Numbered from the stretch's first letter, positions 1 through 11,569 are shown. The stretch is DNA of 64,000 nucleotides from an uncultured Acidobacteriota bacterium (GCA_963777605.1 CAVZRV010000051.1:1-64000), one strand, 5' to 3'. Program-made: numbers and translations. The notes: generated by a model from the letters alone, not told the origin.

Positions 1-408
1 GATGCGCTTCAGCACCGGGTAGAATCGGCGGTAGTAGGCGATGCCGAGGTGAACTCCCGCATCTGCCGCCGCCTCGATCATCCGATCACATTCGCCCAGG
101 GTGAGGGCCATCGGCTTCTCGCATAAGACGTGGCGTCCGGCTTCGGCTGCCGCGACGGTGATCGGCTCGTGGAGATGAACCGGCGTCGCGACATAGACCG
201 CCTCGATGGCCGGATCCGCTAGCATCTCCGTCCAGTCCGGGTAGGATTTTTCCGCGTCGAACTCGGCTGCAAAGTCGGCTGCCAGGTCCGGCTGCTTTCG
301 GCTTACTCCCACAAATCTGACATTGGCAAGGTCGCGGAGTGCCGGTGCAACCCGCTTTTTCGAAATGTCTCCGCACCCCACAAGACCCCATCCCAGTTGC
401 TCAGTCAT
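1..408 (-). CDS. Gfo/Idh/MocA family oxidoreductase (N-terminal part, runs off left edge)
   Basis: Manual translation MTEQLGWGLVGCGDISKKRVAP...AVYVATPVHLH...HVLCEKPMA shows the Rossmann GxGxxS and CEKP motifs; AAGGAG RBS upstream. Confidence 0.9.
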   Translation of the reverse strand, partial: MTEQLGWGLVGCGDISKKRVAPALRDLANVRFVGVSRKQPDLAADFAAEFDAEKSYPDWTEMLADPAIEAVYVATPVHLHEPITVAAAEAGRHVLCEKPMALTLGECDRMIEAAADAGVHLGIAYYRRFYPVLKRI

Positions 409-576
409 CGGTCGCGTTCTCCTTCATTTCATAGTAGGATAACCGCCCTCGGTTGTCACCGCGGGCGGGGCTGCGCACGGACAACGGTCGCGGGTCCCGT
501 TCTAGGTTGGGTGGTCGTCGGGGACGGGGTCCGGAGGCTTCGGTCCCGGTGACAAGCTGGAAGCCTATCCTACTGT

Positions 577-1857
577 ATGGAGCAGAAGAAGAGCTTTTTG
601 AGACAGTTATTGTCCGTCGGGGATCCCACAGAACGGGCGGCGGTGGTGGTGAGGTTGAGCATTCTGTCGTGGCCGGTGGTGTGCCGCCTCGCGGGAATCT
701 ATCGGCGGACCGTGCTTCGCAGGACCTGCGTGGTGGCAGTCGTGGGTTCCTACGGGAAGACCACGACCACTCGGGCGATCCGGTGCGCGCTGGGGATTTC
801 GCCGGACGACCAGTATCCGGGAAACAGTTCCAGCTACCTGGCATTCAACCTGTTCCGGCTTCGCCGGCGTGATCGGTTTCTGGTGATTGAAACCGGAGTC
901 AACCGCCCCGGCCTGATGCGCCAGTATGCCTGGATGCTCCGGCCTGATGTTGCTGTGATCACTGCCATCGGGACCGAGCATCACCTTTCCTTTGGAACGT
1001 TGGAGGCCACTCGCCAAGAAAAGGCGGAGATGGTCAGGGCACTTTCACCGCAAAGGAATGGCCATTCTGAATGCGGATGATCCCAACGTCATGTGGATGG
1101 CCGGTGAGACTTCGGCACGTGTCATCCACCTGCGGGACCTCCGAGAGATCCCAACTCAGAGCCGGACGTTTCGGCCTGGATTGGCCCGACGGTAGTCAAT
1201 TCGAAACCCGGGTTGCGGGGACACGCCCGGAAGGTGCGAAGTCGTCTGATTGGCGAGCACCAGGTTTTTTCAATTCTGTCTGCGATTGCCGTGGCCGAGG
1301 AGGCTGGGATCGAGGTGGAGGAGTACCTCAATCGTCTGTCTGAGCTCGTCTCCCACCAAAGGACGCCTCTCTCGGGTTGAACTGCCCGGTGGTGCGATCG
1401 TGGTGAGAGATGAATACAAGTCATCTTATGAGACGATTCAGACCTCATTTCGGGTCCTCACCCAGATACCGGCCCGACGCAGGATTCTGGTTTTGGGAGA
1501 CGTCTCGGAGTCGCCTGGTCCGCAGGGACCGATTTATCGATCGCTGGGTAGACAGTTTGCCCGTTTTGCCGACAGGGTCTTCCTCTTCTCGCATGGAGCC
1601 GGAAGTATTCTTCCGGAGCGAGTTCCGTCGGCTTCGACTCCAGTCACCTTCACCGGATGAAGTACGACTGGAAGGCTACGGCCGAAGCGCTGCGATCACT
1701 CCTGACGGAAGGCGACGTAGTTCTGGTCAAGGGACGGGACACGGAGAAGATGGACCGGATCGCGCTGGCCCTTCTGGGCAAAGATGTCCGGTGCCGCCGC
1801 AAGTTCTGCAACTTCTCCTGGAGATGTGAACAGTGTTCCCATCTCGAATCGCCATAG
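577..1857 (+). CDS. Mur ligase family protein (MurF-like), frameshifted over several ORFs
   Basis: VVGSYGKTTT P-loop, VIETG, RPDVAVITAIGTEHH, AILNADD, GR..VRDEYKSS, LVLGDV, VLVKGR across ORFs 577-1080, 992-1195, 1250-1660, 1657-1857. Confidence 0.8.
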
Positions 1858-1888
1858 CGCGGACGCATGTCCCAGCTCCGCCCAGAAC

Positions 1889-3747
1889 CTATTTCTCCTC
1901 GTCATGCATTGTGTCAACGTAATCAGGATAGTGTTCCGCCAGGCACTTGGGACACAGCCCATGACTGAACTGCGCTCCGGAATGGCGCGAAACGTAGGCT
2001 TCCATCTGTTCCCAGGCTCCGGCATCGTTGAGGATGCTCTTGCAGTAGGAGCAGATCGGCAGGATTCCCTGAAGGGTCTTGACTTCTTCAAGGGCATGCA
2101 CGAGTTCGTCGTTGACCCGTCGGATCTCACTGAACTGGTCCGGCGAGGACCTCGGTAACACCTTTGAAGTTCTCGATCAGATGCTCGGTCTCGCGGATGT
2201 TGCTGTGAGGCCAGTGCATTTGCTGACCCGAGTCGATCCTGCTTGGGGATGTCCCCAGTAGCCATTCCCAGCAGGCGAAGCGATCGGGAAACCCTGCGGC
2301 TCAGCCACTCCGCCAGTGGCAGGGTCGCCGCCAGGATGGCCAGAGCGATCGCCAGCATTGCCGAGTATTCTCTGAAGAGAGCCGCCTGGAACGGTTCCAC
2401 GCGCTGTTCCAGAATCAGGCTCCACTCGGACATCGGCCCGATGGCGGTTTCGGAGATGTAAACAGAACGTTTCCAGCGGTCGGAGATCGAGATGTTTCTA
2501 CGGCGCCGGAGGGATCCACTCCGTAATTCCGCTCGCCGAAGTCCCGATACGTCACCGTTTTCCCGGGTCAGGTCGTGTCCATGAGCTTGAGGTCGGGCCG
2601 GTTGGTGACGATGACCCTGCCGTTCCGGTCGACCAGCGTGTAGAGCAGACCCTCCAGGGGCTGGCCGAGCGCGTTAAGCGACACGAGGGAGTTGAGTCCC
2701 GTCCAGGCTGAGAACCCCGGCGACGTACCCTGCATACTTGCCATCCTTGACGATCGGGGCCAGGGCCGTGACCATGGGGGCTGGGACACCCGACCCTGCC
2801 CATGACGACCTCCGAGAACATGGGCTGCAAGCGTTCTTTGCAAAATCGGGATGTAGGGACGGTCGGCGTAAGTCTTGCCCAGGTTCGAACTGCCGAGTTC
2901 GTCGACCAGGGGAGAAAATGCCACAGTCCTGGCTTTACCGTCGATCACGCCGATGCGTAGAAAGTCTTCATCCACCAGTCATCGTTTCGTCGATGTCGCT
3001 CTGCACGTCGGGAAGGGGCCGGGTGGCGGCGATTTTGGCCAAGCCGTTCAACTTCGGCGGCCTGGTGATCGAGCCAGTTCTCAAGGTTGGCGGAGACCCG
3101 TTGGGTAGAGAATCCGAGTGACTGCACGAATCGCCCGGTCTGTGTCCGCAAAATCGGACCGGCTCTTGAAGCCCCAGGAGTACGAGGGAAGGGGCAAGAA
3201 CAAAGAGCGCCAGAAGGTTGAAGACAAACTCGCGCATCGTCGGGAGTTGACGTTGGACCCGGGGCCAGGTCGCCAGGAAGAGAAGCCGCGCAATCAACGC
3301 ATTGGATATGCCGTTGAGAGCCTGCTTGAGCATGGTGATGCTGGCGTTGCTCTCCGTGAGGCCCATCACCACGTGATAAAAAAAGAACACCAGCGGCATG
3401 CCCATAACGAGCCAGTAAATTGCGTCTGCCAGGACCAGTTCGATCTTTCTGCCTCGTAGGAGGAGTCCCACAAACAGGACTTCGCAGGTCATGATGAGGA
3501 TGGCGTAAGGATGATTCCATAGAATGTAGGTGACGGAACTGACGAGCGCGGCAACCAGGACTCCCCTGGCCAGACCCAGTGCCTGCAGGGCGAGCAGGGA
3601 GAAGACGCTGCCGAAGAGAAAATCGATGCTGAAGAAGATCGGCAGGCGAAGGAAATTACCGGCGATTCCGGCCAGGGTGAGACCGACACAGAAGCACAGC
3701 GAATGTCCGTGGTTTCGTTCCGAACCCGGTTCGAGAGTCGTATCCAT
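1889..3747 (-). CDS. Membrane sensor: N-terminal multi-TM domain, Cache-like and HAMP-like regions, C-terminal Cys/His zinc-type domain; frameshifted
   Basis: Hydrophobic N-terminus (2968-3747), Cache-like YADRPY and YTLVDRNGRVI, C-terminal ILPICSYCKSI...FSHGLCPKC. Confidence 0.65.
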
Positions 3748-4229
3748 TCTCCTTACAACCTTCGGCTTCCAGCTATTCCGGCTTGACGACCTCGCCCCCC
3801 GTTCGGAAGTCAAACCCGAAACTATCCTAGGATTCGACTTCAAACGTTGCAACTAGAATTCAGGAAATCGGTGTCATGGAGCATCCATGCTTAGAAGTGC
3901 CTTGTCTTGTTTTACTTTGCAACGCTATGAAGAGCGCTGCGGGTACAGGATCGTTTGACGCTTCTTTTCGTAGCCATGAGGATCCTGGGCTCGGACCTGC
4001 ATCTCGGGTCGCTCTGCTCCATTTTCACTGGCTCATATGAGAAAATCACTGGCAGCAAGCCGGAGCAATTCGTTGTTCTCAGCCTTTTTTCATCGGTGTG
4101 CAGGGCCGTGAAAGGAGGCCAAGGCATTGGAGACGGTCCTTGAGCACCGATTCGAATTTCCCGATTTTGCGCCTCCTCGCAGCATCAGCAAGGGTACGGG
4201 ACTGACTCACGAGAGTGGGAGGTTCGTTC

Positions 4230-6023
4230 ATGGAAGAGAGGAGAAGAAGGGCAGAACGGGAAGCGATTCCGGCTTTCTTGTTCTACGGTCTGGCCATCGT
4301 GGTTGGCATTGTCGCCGGTCTGGGTGCGGCGGCCTTTCGTGCCCTGATTGCCTTTTTCCACAACCTGTTGTTCCTGGGGAAGCTCTCCCTGCAGTATGAT
4401 GCAACCGTGCACACCGCGCCAAGTCCCTGGGGCGCGATGGTCATTCTCGTCCCGGTAATCGGCGCAGTCGCTGTCGTCTACCTGGTGAAGAATTTCGCGC
4501 CTGAAGCCAAAGGGCATGGTGTGCCGGAGGTCATGGATGCGATTTACTACAACAAGGGCAAAATCCGGCCGACTGTTGCCCTCATCAAATCGCTGGCGTC
4601 GGCGATATCGATCGGAACCGGAGGGGCCGTCGGCCGTGAGGGCCCGATCATTCAGATCGGCGCATCTTTCGGTTCTACGCTGGGCCAGATTATTTCGATG
4701 CCCGCGTGGCGGCGCATCACCCTTGTCGCCGCTGGTGCCGGAGGCGGAATTGCGGCGACGTTCAACACACCGGTCGGAGGAGTGCTTTTCGCCGCCGAGA
4801 TCGTCCTTCACGAGGTGAGTGCCAGAACCATCGTTCCGGTCGCGATCTCTACGGCAACCGCCACCTACGTCGGTCGCGTGATCTTCGGCTCCAAACCCTC
4901 CTTTGTGATTCCCCAACTGGAGCAGGCTTACTTTCGAGTAACCGACCCTGTGGTTCTTTTTTCGTATGCAGGCCTGGGATTACTGCTTGGGCTGGTCTCC
5001 ACACTGTTTATTAAGTCCATTTATCGATTCGAAGACTTTTTTCAACAGCGAATCAAGGGTGGTTACTACGTGCAACACGCGTCCGGGATGCTGGTGGTGG
5101 GCTGTGTCATCTATTTGCTGATGGTTTCAACCGGCCACTACTACGTCCAGGGAGTTGGATATGCCACCATTCAGGACATATTGAGCGGTGCTTTGACCAG
5201 TCTCCCGCTGCTGCTGCTCCTGTTCGCATTGAAACTCTTCTGCACTTCGGTCACGCTCGGTTCGGGTGCTTCGGGTGGGATCTTCTCACCTGCGCTCTTC
5301 CTTGGGGCAACCCTCGGCGGCGCTTACGGCGTTGTTCTGGGGTTGATTTTCCCGGATTTGTCGGTTAGCCCGCCCGCATTTGCAGTGGCGGGAATGGCAT
5401 CAATCGTCGGAGGCACAACCGGCGCCGCCATGGCGGCGATCGTCATGATTTTCGAAATGACGTTGGACTACAACGTCATTATCCCCATGACTGTTACCGT
5501 TGCACTGGCTTACGGTATTCGAAGGACCCTTTGCAAGGAGAGCATCTATACCTTGAAGCTGGCGCGTCGCGGCCACTCCATCCCGGAAGCGTTCCAGGCG
5601 AATTCTTATCAACTGATTCGGGCTGGCGAGATCATGAAGACGGAAATCGCATTTGTGTCGGCAACCGACAGATTGGAGCAGTTGGTGGGGAACGGGTCGG
5701 AGATCTCGGATGGGACCTGGCTACTGGTCCAGCAGGGCGAAACGGTGGTTGGATTGCTCTCCCGGCAAACAGCCACGGACATGCTGAAGGGAAGGGGGAG
5801 GGAGAAGGAAGTTGGCCAGATAGCTCGGAAAGACTTCGTTACAGTGTATGAGCAGGACACCGCCATAGACGTCATTGCCGAGATGAACGCGGCTGGCGCT
5901 GCGCTGGCGCTGGTCGAAGCTCAGGCAGGATCTACAGCCGATTCCAGAATCAAGGGGGTGATCGAACGGGAAAAACTGGCAGATTTGATTCTGATAGGAC
6001 TCGAATTGTTCTCCAACAAGTGA
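4230..6023 (+). CDS. CLC chloride channel/H+ antiporter with C-terminal CBS-like domains
   Basis: GHGVPE, GREGP, GGIFSP and SIY CLC signature motifs. Confidence 0.95.
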   Translation: MEERRRRAEREAIPAFLFYGLAIVVGIVAGLGAAAFRALIAFFHNLLFLGKLSLQYDATVHTAPSPWGAMVILVPVIGAVAVVYLVKNFAPEAKGHGVPEVMDAIYYNKGKIRPTVALIKSLASAISIGTGGAVGREGPIIQIGASFGSTLGQIISMPAWRRITLVAAGAGGGIAATFNTPVGGVLFAAEIVLHEVSARTIVPVAISTATATYVGRVIFGSKPSFVIPQLEQAYFRVTDPVVLFSYAGLGLLLGLVSTLFIKSIYRFEDFFQQRIKGGYYVQHASGMLVVGCVIYLLMVSTGHYYVQGVGYATIQDILSGALTSLPLLLLLFALKLFCTSVTLGSGASGGIFSPALFLGATLGGAYGVVLGLIFPDLSVSPPAFAVAGMASIVGGTTGAAMAAIVMIFEMTLDYNVIIPMTVTVALAYGIRRTLCKESIYTLKLARRGHSIPEAFQANSYQLIRAGEIMKTEIAFVSATDRLEQLVGNGSEISDGTWLLVQQGETVVGLLSRQTATDMLKGRGREKEVGQIARKDFVTVYEQDTAIDVIAEMNAAGAALALVEAQAGSTADSRIKGVIEREKLADLILIGLELFSNK

Positions 6024-6087
6024 ACGAGTGAATCAGGATTGGGATCGAATCCGTTCGATAGTCCGCAGCGTCATCGCGAGGGGGAGA

Positions 6088-6366
6088 TCACTTGTTATTG
6101 TCCTCGCCGGTCGTCTTTTCCGTTAGGCCTGCAACGATAGAACTGACCAGGATGGTATTGCCACAGTTGTCGCATGTCACCGGAACGACCGGAACAACCG
6201 GAACAACGTGTATGTCACCGATGCCCAAGCCAGTGTCGTCAACCTCTCTCAGTTCACACAACTTATCGGAGACGTCCCAATTGCCTCCAGTACAAAGCGG
6301 GCATCTTCTTCCTTCCCACTTATTTTCGAGATGTTGAATCAGCTTTTCCAAATCAATGTTTGCCAT
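6088..6366 (-). CDS. Small zinc-ribbon-like protein
   Basis: CPLC and CDNC pairs; ATG at 6366. Confidence 0.6.
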   Translation of the reverse strand: MANIDLEKLIQHLENKWEGRRCPLCTGGNWDVSDKLCELREVDDTGLGIGDIHVVPVVPVVPVTCDNCGNTILVSSIVAGLTEKTTGEDNNK

Positions 6367-6407
6367 TCGCCTGTAACCCTTGCCAAATTTGACCCACGCA
6401 GGCCAAA

Positions 6408-6573
6408 ACGGGAGTCCCCCCGGCTCTGCCGGAAGGCAGTCGCAGTCTGACATTTGCGGGAGCCTGATTGAGAACCCCCTTCGTGAGCAGGCCAAAGCCG
6501 CACGGAAGGCAGTTCAATGACGAACACCAGCAGTTTACAGCACACGAAGTGGGAGTGTAAGCATCATCTGGTC
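6408..6573 (+). mobile_element. tnpA: IS200/IS605-family left-end remnant with truncated tnpA
   Basis: 6517-6573 translates MTNTSSLQHTKWECKHHLV, matching the IS200 TnpA N-terminal HTKWxCKYHIV pattern, then similarity stops; upstream imperfect hairpin CCCCCGGCTCTGCCGGAAGG. Confidence 0.75.
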
Positions 6574-6789
6574 GATCTGCTCCTGGGATGTGAGTTCCTT
6601 GTCGTGTGGAAGAGTCCTCTCCTATGTTGCTTCGTGTGCTAACTCCATTCGCCCACGAAGTGCCAGAATCTCAGGGTTTCTGGCTGTCAAAACGGGAGGA
6701 CGAGTTTCGAGACTGCCTTGAATTCCTTAATGGAGCAAAATAGAAAAAGACAGTCGAAAGAAAAACCACCGTAAACTATTGAAAAGAAA

Positions 6790-6864
<75 letters not shown>

Positions 6865-7055
6865 TCTAAATGACTGCCTGCCGATGATCGGATCGTCGAG
6901 AAGGTTCACCAACGGCCGACAAGCCCGAAAGAGGATCATAGCTGTTTACTGGGTGCAGGGTCAAGGTGAACGGAGCTTCACCAGTCCGCGAAAGTCACAG
7001 CTCGTGCCCTCTGAATTGTCCCCGCAGCGCGCTGAGCCGGCGCTGACCCGGAGTT

Positions 7056-7430
7056 TCAGGCCCGCGGGGTGATCACGGCAGCGAAGAGGAGGAACCATCC
7101 CGCAAGGAAGGCGACGCCACCGATCGGTGTGATTGCTCCGAGCCAGTGGGTTCCGGTCAGGGTTAGGACATACAGGGAGCCGGAGAAAATCAGGATCCCT
7201 GCGAGGAAGGACCACCCTGAAAGAGAAAGCCACATAGAGGGCATCCGGTCGTCGAGAATCCCCACGGCGATCAGCGCCAGTGCGTGATACATCTGGTACC
7301 GGGCCGCGGTCTCAAATATCGCCAGGGTTTCAGGATCGAGCCTTGATTTCAAGGCATGGGCCCCAAAAGCTCCAGCGGCGACCGCGATGAACCCGAACAG
7401 CGTTCCACATGACAGGAAAAAGCGAGACAT
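7056..7430 (-). CDS. DUF423 (YgdD/TMEM256) membrane protein
   Basis: GAFGAHAL, YQMYHALAL, FSGSLY and GAITPIGG motifs. Confidence 0.92.
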   Translation of the reverse strand: MSRFFLSCGTLFGFIAVAAGAFGAHALKSRLDPETLAIFETAARYQMYHALALIAVGILDDRMPSMWLSLSGWSFLAGILIFSGSLYVLTLTGTHWLGAITPIGGVAFLAGWFLLFAAVITPRA

Positions 7431-7453
7431 GCCGGTATTCTAACCCGACTTGT

Positions 7454-7981
7454 TCATCGATTCAGGCTGAGATCGACTACCAGGTCGTTGGCAATCATCT
7501 CCAACTCCGCCTTGAGATCTTCAAAGCGGACGCCCGGAGGCAGTTCCAGGGCGGCGCGGGCAGTGAAGATTGGATGACCGGCCATGGGGGCGCTGGTGTA
7601 TTCCGTATCGAGTTCGACGATGTTGATTCCACGCTCCGCGATGGCCTGCGAAATACGGTTGACTATTCCGGGCCGATCGTTTCCGATCACAGAGATCTCG
7701 ACGCTGTCGCCCTCATCTGCCGCTGGGGACGAAGTTGAGGGTTGCACCAGGACCTGGAGGTTCGCGTCGCCGAGGCTCTGCAGCGCGCTGGTCAGTTCCT
7801 GAACAGAACCGGCCGGAACCGTGAGATGGACAATTCCGCCGAAGAATCCGCCGGCGGCGGAAAGATGGCTTTCCAGCCAGTTGCCCCTATGGCGGGCCAC
7901 CAGGGCGGAAATTCGCTCGACGAGTCCGGGCTGATCCGGACCGAGAACTGCGATCACGAGAGAGTTGAGGACGGTCGTCAT
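7454..7981 (-). CDS. Tandem ACT-domain protein, glycine cleavage repressor GcvR-like
   Basis: Two ACT starts GPDQPGLV and GNDRPGIV; GNWLESH. Confidence 0.85.
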   Translation of the reverse strand: MTTVLNSLVIAVLGPDQPGLVERISALVARHRGNWLESHLSAAGGFFGGIVHLTVPAGSVQELTSALQSLGDANLQVLVQPSTSSPAADEGDSVEISVIGNDRPGIVNRISQAIAERGINIVELDTEYTSAPMAGHPIFTARAALELPPGVRFEDLKAELEMIANDLVVDLSLNR

Positions 7982-8082
7982 AGGTGTCTAACGTTGAATT
8001 GATCAACGTTCAAAGTCAAGTCTCCTAGGACGGTATCCCGACCGGGGCGGATCCGGGGAGAGTCGAAAATGGCAGGCAAAGC

Positions 8083-8760
8083 CTGACCTGAAACTTCATT
8101 TGGGATGAGTTGAAGAACCTGGACGAATTGGATGCGTCTGGACGGAGATTGAGGCGATCGGTGGAGAGCCAGGGCCGTGATTATCGGCTGGATCCTGGTT
8201 CCTGGTGAGGTTGCCAGACGTGGTTGAGTGATGATCACAGGATCGGCGCCGGGCGGGCCCCTGAAGGGGGCCTGTTTCCAGCCCAGGCATTTGCCTGGGT
8301 TCACGGTTCCCCCATCAAGAATCCAGCCCTGAAAGGGCGGCACAGCTCTCCGGTCGTGAAGAATCCGCGCGACCTTACAGGCCGCGATCGCCTTGCCGGG
8401 ACCACAGACCCAGGGTAAACCCTGGTCTGAAACCAAGGCCTTCAGCGGCAGGGGCAGTTTCACTCTCTGAATGATCCGGCGCCGCCGGGGGCCCGGCTGA
8501 CTTGAAGCTGCAATCGAGATGAGTTCCTGGTTTCTCGTTTCTGGATGGAGAGTAATCCAGGCAGCCCTGCCTGATATGGCGGCCGGGCAGTTTGCCCGGC
8601 GGAAGGTAATATGCTCAATCCAGGATTCTTGATTTCCGGTTTGCTCTGAAACCGTCCGCCACCCGGACTGAATCGCACTTTCAGTGCTGCATTGCTGTCC
8701 CGGCTCTGATTCCCGGGGCGTTGCCGCCGGGCTGGAAATGACCCTGCGCCGTTGGCGCAC
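8083..8760. repeat. Modular repeat: half-joint, module A, joint, module B (REP-like hairpins)
   Basis: Module A (8099-8455) recurs at 12219-12580; module B (8519-8725) recurs at ~29093-29300; hairpins GCCCTGAAAGGGC and CCAGGGTAAACCCTGG. Confidence 0.85.
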
Positions 8761-8834
8761 TCATCTGGCGATGCTTCACCGGTTTCACTTTGCGGATGAT
8801 CTCCGTTGCTTGGAGAGGCTGGACCGAGTTGAAG

Positions 8835-9440
8835 CTACTTATTCTCTGGGCCCCCGTTGTCGGGAGGCATCTCCTGCGGCGGTTCAGGGGCCCGCGGTGG
8901 ACCGGGAGGCGGGTAGGGGCCCGGCATCGGAGCCGGAGTGTAGGTCCGATTCTTCTTGAACAGCGCAATTCCGATGATCGCCCCGATGGTTGCAAAGATC
9001 ACCGAAACCAAGAGATTTACGAAGACGCCGAAAATCACGAACCCCAGGGTTCCGGCGCCGCCCTGGAGAGCGTTGATCAGAAAGTCGCGGAGGGCCGGAG
9101 GAATATTCGGATCACTGAGGGCTTCGTGAAGTTGGGATAGGTCGCCCAACCCGGTCCCGAGCCGCAGTTTGAGGAACGAAAGCGGAAGATCCACGATCGC
9201 CCAGACGAAACCCCCGATGACCCCTGTCAAGATTCCCAGAACCGCCCCGTCGCCATAGGTGATGTCGGGCAGTTGAGGAGGGTAGTCCCTCAGGTACAGA
9301 AACGACGCCAGGATTCCGCCGCCGATGACCAGGGCGCAACAGGCGCAATTGACCAGGTTCACCAGCGGAAGGGCCGACGTGATACCAAGAGCGACTCCGC
9401 CGATCAAAGCCGGGGTGACGATACTGGGTTTTGTATTCAT
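8835..9440 (-). CDS. Hypothetical membrane protein with Pro-rich tail
   Basis: Four hydrophobic segments, NCACC motif; ATGA overlap with the upstream gene. Confidence 0.75.
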   Translation of the reverse strand: MNTKPSIVTPALIGGVALGITSALPLVNLVNCACCALVIGGGILASFLYLRDYPPQLPDITYGDGAVLGILTGVIGGFVWAIVDLPLSFLKLRLGTGLGDLSQLHEALSDPNIPPALRDFLINALQGGAGTLGFVIFGVFVNLLVSVIFATIGAIIGIALFKKNRTYTPAPMPGPYPPPGPPRAPEPPQEMPPDNGGPENK

Positions 9441-9901
9441 TGCGAACTCCTCGAGAGTTGCGACGCGGCAAGTTGCTCAACCGCAAGATAGACAAACAGG
9501 GCCACCGGGTACGCGGCCACCGCCCCTGTCAAGAGGCGACTCCAGTGCGTGTTCTCCCAAAATAGAAGGTCACAGGCCATCGGTACGGTGAACAGGATCA
9601 TCAGGCGCGGCCGTTCCTCGAGGAGGTTCGACAGCCGGTTGCTGAGAGGTAGCGTCGTTGCCCCGGCCAGGAACCCGAGGTAGAGTCCCAAGCAGCGGGC
9701 ACAGACGCCAACCGGGGATCCCAGCAGTGAAAAGCTGCGCTCCGGAAGCTGGTGGCAGATGCTCCGAAACATTGACCTGACGGCAAACTCGGCATTCGGC
9801 AACCCTGCCTGATGCAGCAAAGGGGGAAGAAACACCATCACGATCCATATTGCAACAGTGCTCAACAGGAGCCAATATGGTCGGCCTCGCCATCGGTTCA
9901 T
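9437..9901 (-). CDS. DUF2085-type membrane protein
   Basis: ICHQLPERSF...VCARCLGLYLG motif. Confidence 0.85.
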   Translation of the reverse strand: MNRWRGRPYWLLLSTVAIWIVMVFLPPLLHQAGLPNAEFAVRSMFRSICHQLPERSFSLLGSPVGVCARCLGLYLGFLAGATTLPLSNRLSNLLEERPRLMILFTVPMACDLLFWENTHWSRLLTGAVAAYPVALFVYLAVEQLAASQLSRSSQ

Positions 9902-10051
9902 TCAGATCCGGATACTAATTGATTGGAGCGGCACGGGCAAGACGATTGTGGAAAACTCGGGAGGCGCACGCGAGGATCATGTGGCATCATGCATGGGACG
10001 TTTCGGTCGCTGATGCGATTGTCGGGATTCCAGAGAGGGAGGTGGATCGGT

Positions 10052-11569
10052 TTGGCTTCATCACTTTTTCGCGTTAAGACACTCGAACAGCTACTCGCCC
10101 AGGCTGAACAGTCGGAGGGGCATCTCAAACGGACGCTGGGTTGGCTCAGCCTGACTGCCCTGGGGATCGGGGCAATCATCGGAACCGGGATTTTCGTGTT
10201 GACCGGTACCGCTGCGGCAGGGGAGGAGGTACTTACACCGTCGCTGCTCAAGGCCCCACTCCTGGACGTCATCCTGCATGGTAGCGACGCCGCCGGGGCC
10301 ATTGGGAGGCCGGGCGCAGGCCCCGCGATTGCGGTTTCCTTTTTCCTTGTGGCCGTCGTCTGCGGGTTCGCCGGTCTTTGCTATGCTGAACTCTCGTCGA
10401 TGATTCCCATTGCCGGGAGCGCCTACACGTTTTCGTACGCAACCTTGGGAGAGTTGATCGCCTGGATCATCGGCTGGGACCTGATTCTGGAATATGCGGT
10501 GTCCAACATGGCGGTGGCGGTCGGCTTCTCGGCCTACATCTCGAGCCTGCTGGAAAGCTTTGGGATCCACCTTCCACCGGAACTTGCCACGCCGGCGTAC
10601 GGCCCGTCACAGGGTTGGGCTTTTCACTTCAATCTCCCTGGCTTCATCATCGTCCTTTTGCTCACCGGCCTGCTCCTGATCGGGATTCGAGAATCGGCCG
10701 GCGCGAACAGCATTTTTGTTGCCGTGAAACTCTTGGCCATTCTGGTCTTCATCGGCTTCGCCTCGAGTTACGTGCAGCCGGAAAACTGGACCCCGTTCAT
10801 GCCCAACGGCTGGCAGGGAGTGCTGACGGGAGGGGCGATCGTTTTCTTCAGCTACATTGGATTCGACTCTGTTTCGACGGCTGCCGAAGAATGTAAGAAC
10901 CCGGAGAGGGACCTTCCTCTCGGAATCCTCCTCTCATTGCTCGTCTGCGCGGTCTTCTACGTCGTGGTGGCCGTTGTCTTAACGGGAATTCAGCCCTACA
11001 CGATCTTCAAGGGGGATGCAGCCCCGGTGGCCACGGCGCTCAAGAACATCGGTCTTGACGGCATTCAACGATGGGTGACGATGGGCGCGCTGATGGGGAT
11101 GATTTCGTCTCTCCTCGTTTTTCAGTTGGGCCAGGCCCGAATCTGGTTCGCGATGTCCCGGGACGGGCTGCTCCCCAAGTCGTTTTCCAAGGTCCATCCC
11201 CGGTTCCGGACTCCTTACGTCGCAACGATCGTTGCCGGAATCGTGGTTGCGATTCCGGCCGGGATCTTCGATATTGGAACTTTGGCCGACCTTTCCAATA
11301 TCGGGACGCTGTTTGCGTTTATGGTGGTTTCTCTGGCGGTCCTGATTCTCCGCCGGACCAAGCCGGAACAGCGACGGGCGTTCCGGGTTCCCTTCGTACC
11401 GGTTCTGCCTATCCTTTCCGTGCTGTCCTGCCTTGTACTCATGGCAAGCCTCACCGTCGAAAACTGGATCAGGTTCTTCGTCTGGCTGGCCATTGGCCTG
11501 GTGATCTATTTCAGCTACAGCCGGAAGCGGAGCGTCCTGTCGCACCTGACCGGAAGCACCGAACCGTGA
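10052..11569 (+). CDS. APC-family amino acid permease
   Basis: GIGAIIGTGIF, CYAELSSMIPIAGSAY, FSYIGFD, AMSRDGLLP; start approximate. Confidence 0.95.
   Translation: MASSLFRVKTLEQLLAQAEQSEGHLKRTLGWLSLTALGIGAIIGTGIFVLTGTAAAGEEVLTPSLLKAPLLDVILHGSDAAGAIGRPGAGPAIAVSFFLVAVVCGFAGLCYAELSSMIPIAGSAYTFSYATLGELIAWIIGWDLILEYAVSNMAVAVGFSAYISSLLESFGIHLPPELATPAYGPSQGWAFHFNLPGFIIVLLLTGLLLIGIRESAGANSIFVAVKLLAILVFIGFASSYVQPENWTPFMPNGWQGVLTGGAIVFFSYIGFDSVSTAAEECKNPERDLPLGILLSLLVCAVFYVVVAVVLTGIQPYTIFKGDAAPVATALKNIGLDGIQRWVTMGALMGMISSLLVFQLGQARIWFAMSRDGLLPKSFSKVHPRFRTPYVATIVAGIVVAIPAGIFDIGTLADLSNIGTLFAFMVVSLAVLILRRTKPEQRRAFRVPFVPVLPILSVLSCLVLMASLTVENWIRFFVWLAIGLVIYFSYSRKRSVLSHLTGSTEP

Noticed and set aside
7978-8760. 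ORFs 7978-8760, 12137-12730 and 28946-29311 as proteins
   Set aside because: They are translations of the non-coding repeat; frames are not preserved between copies.
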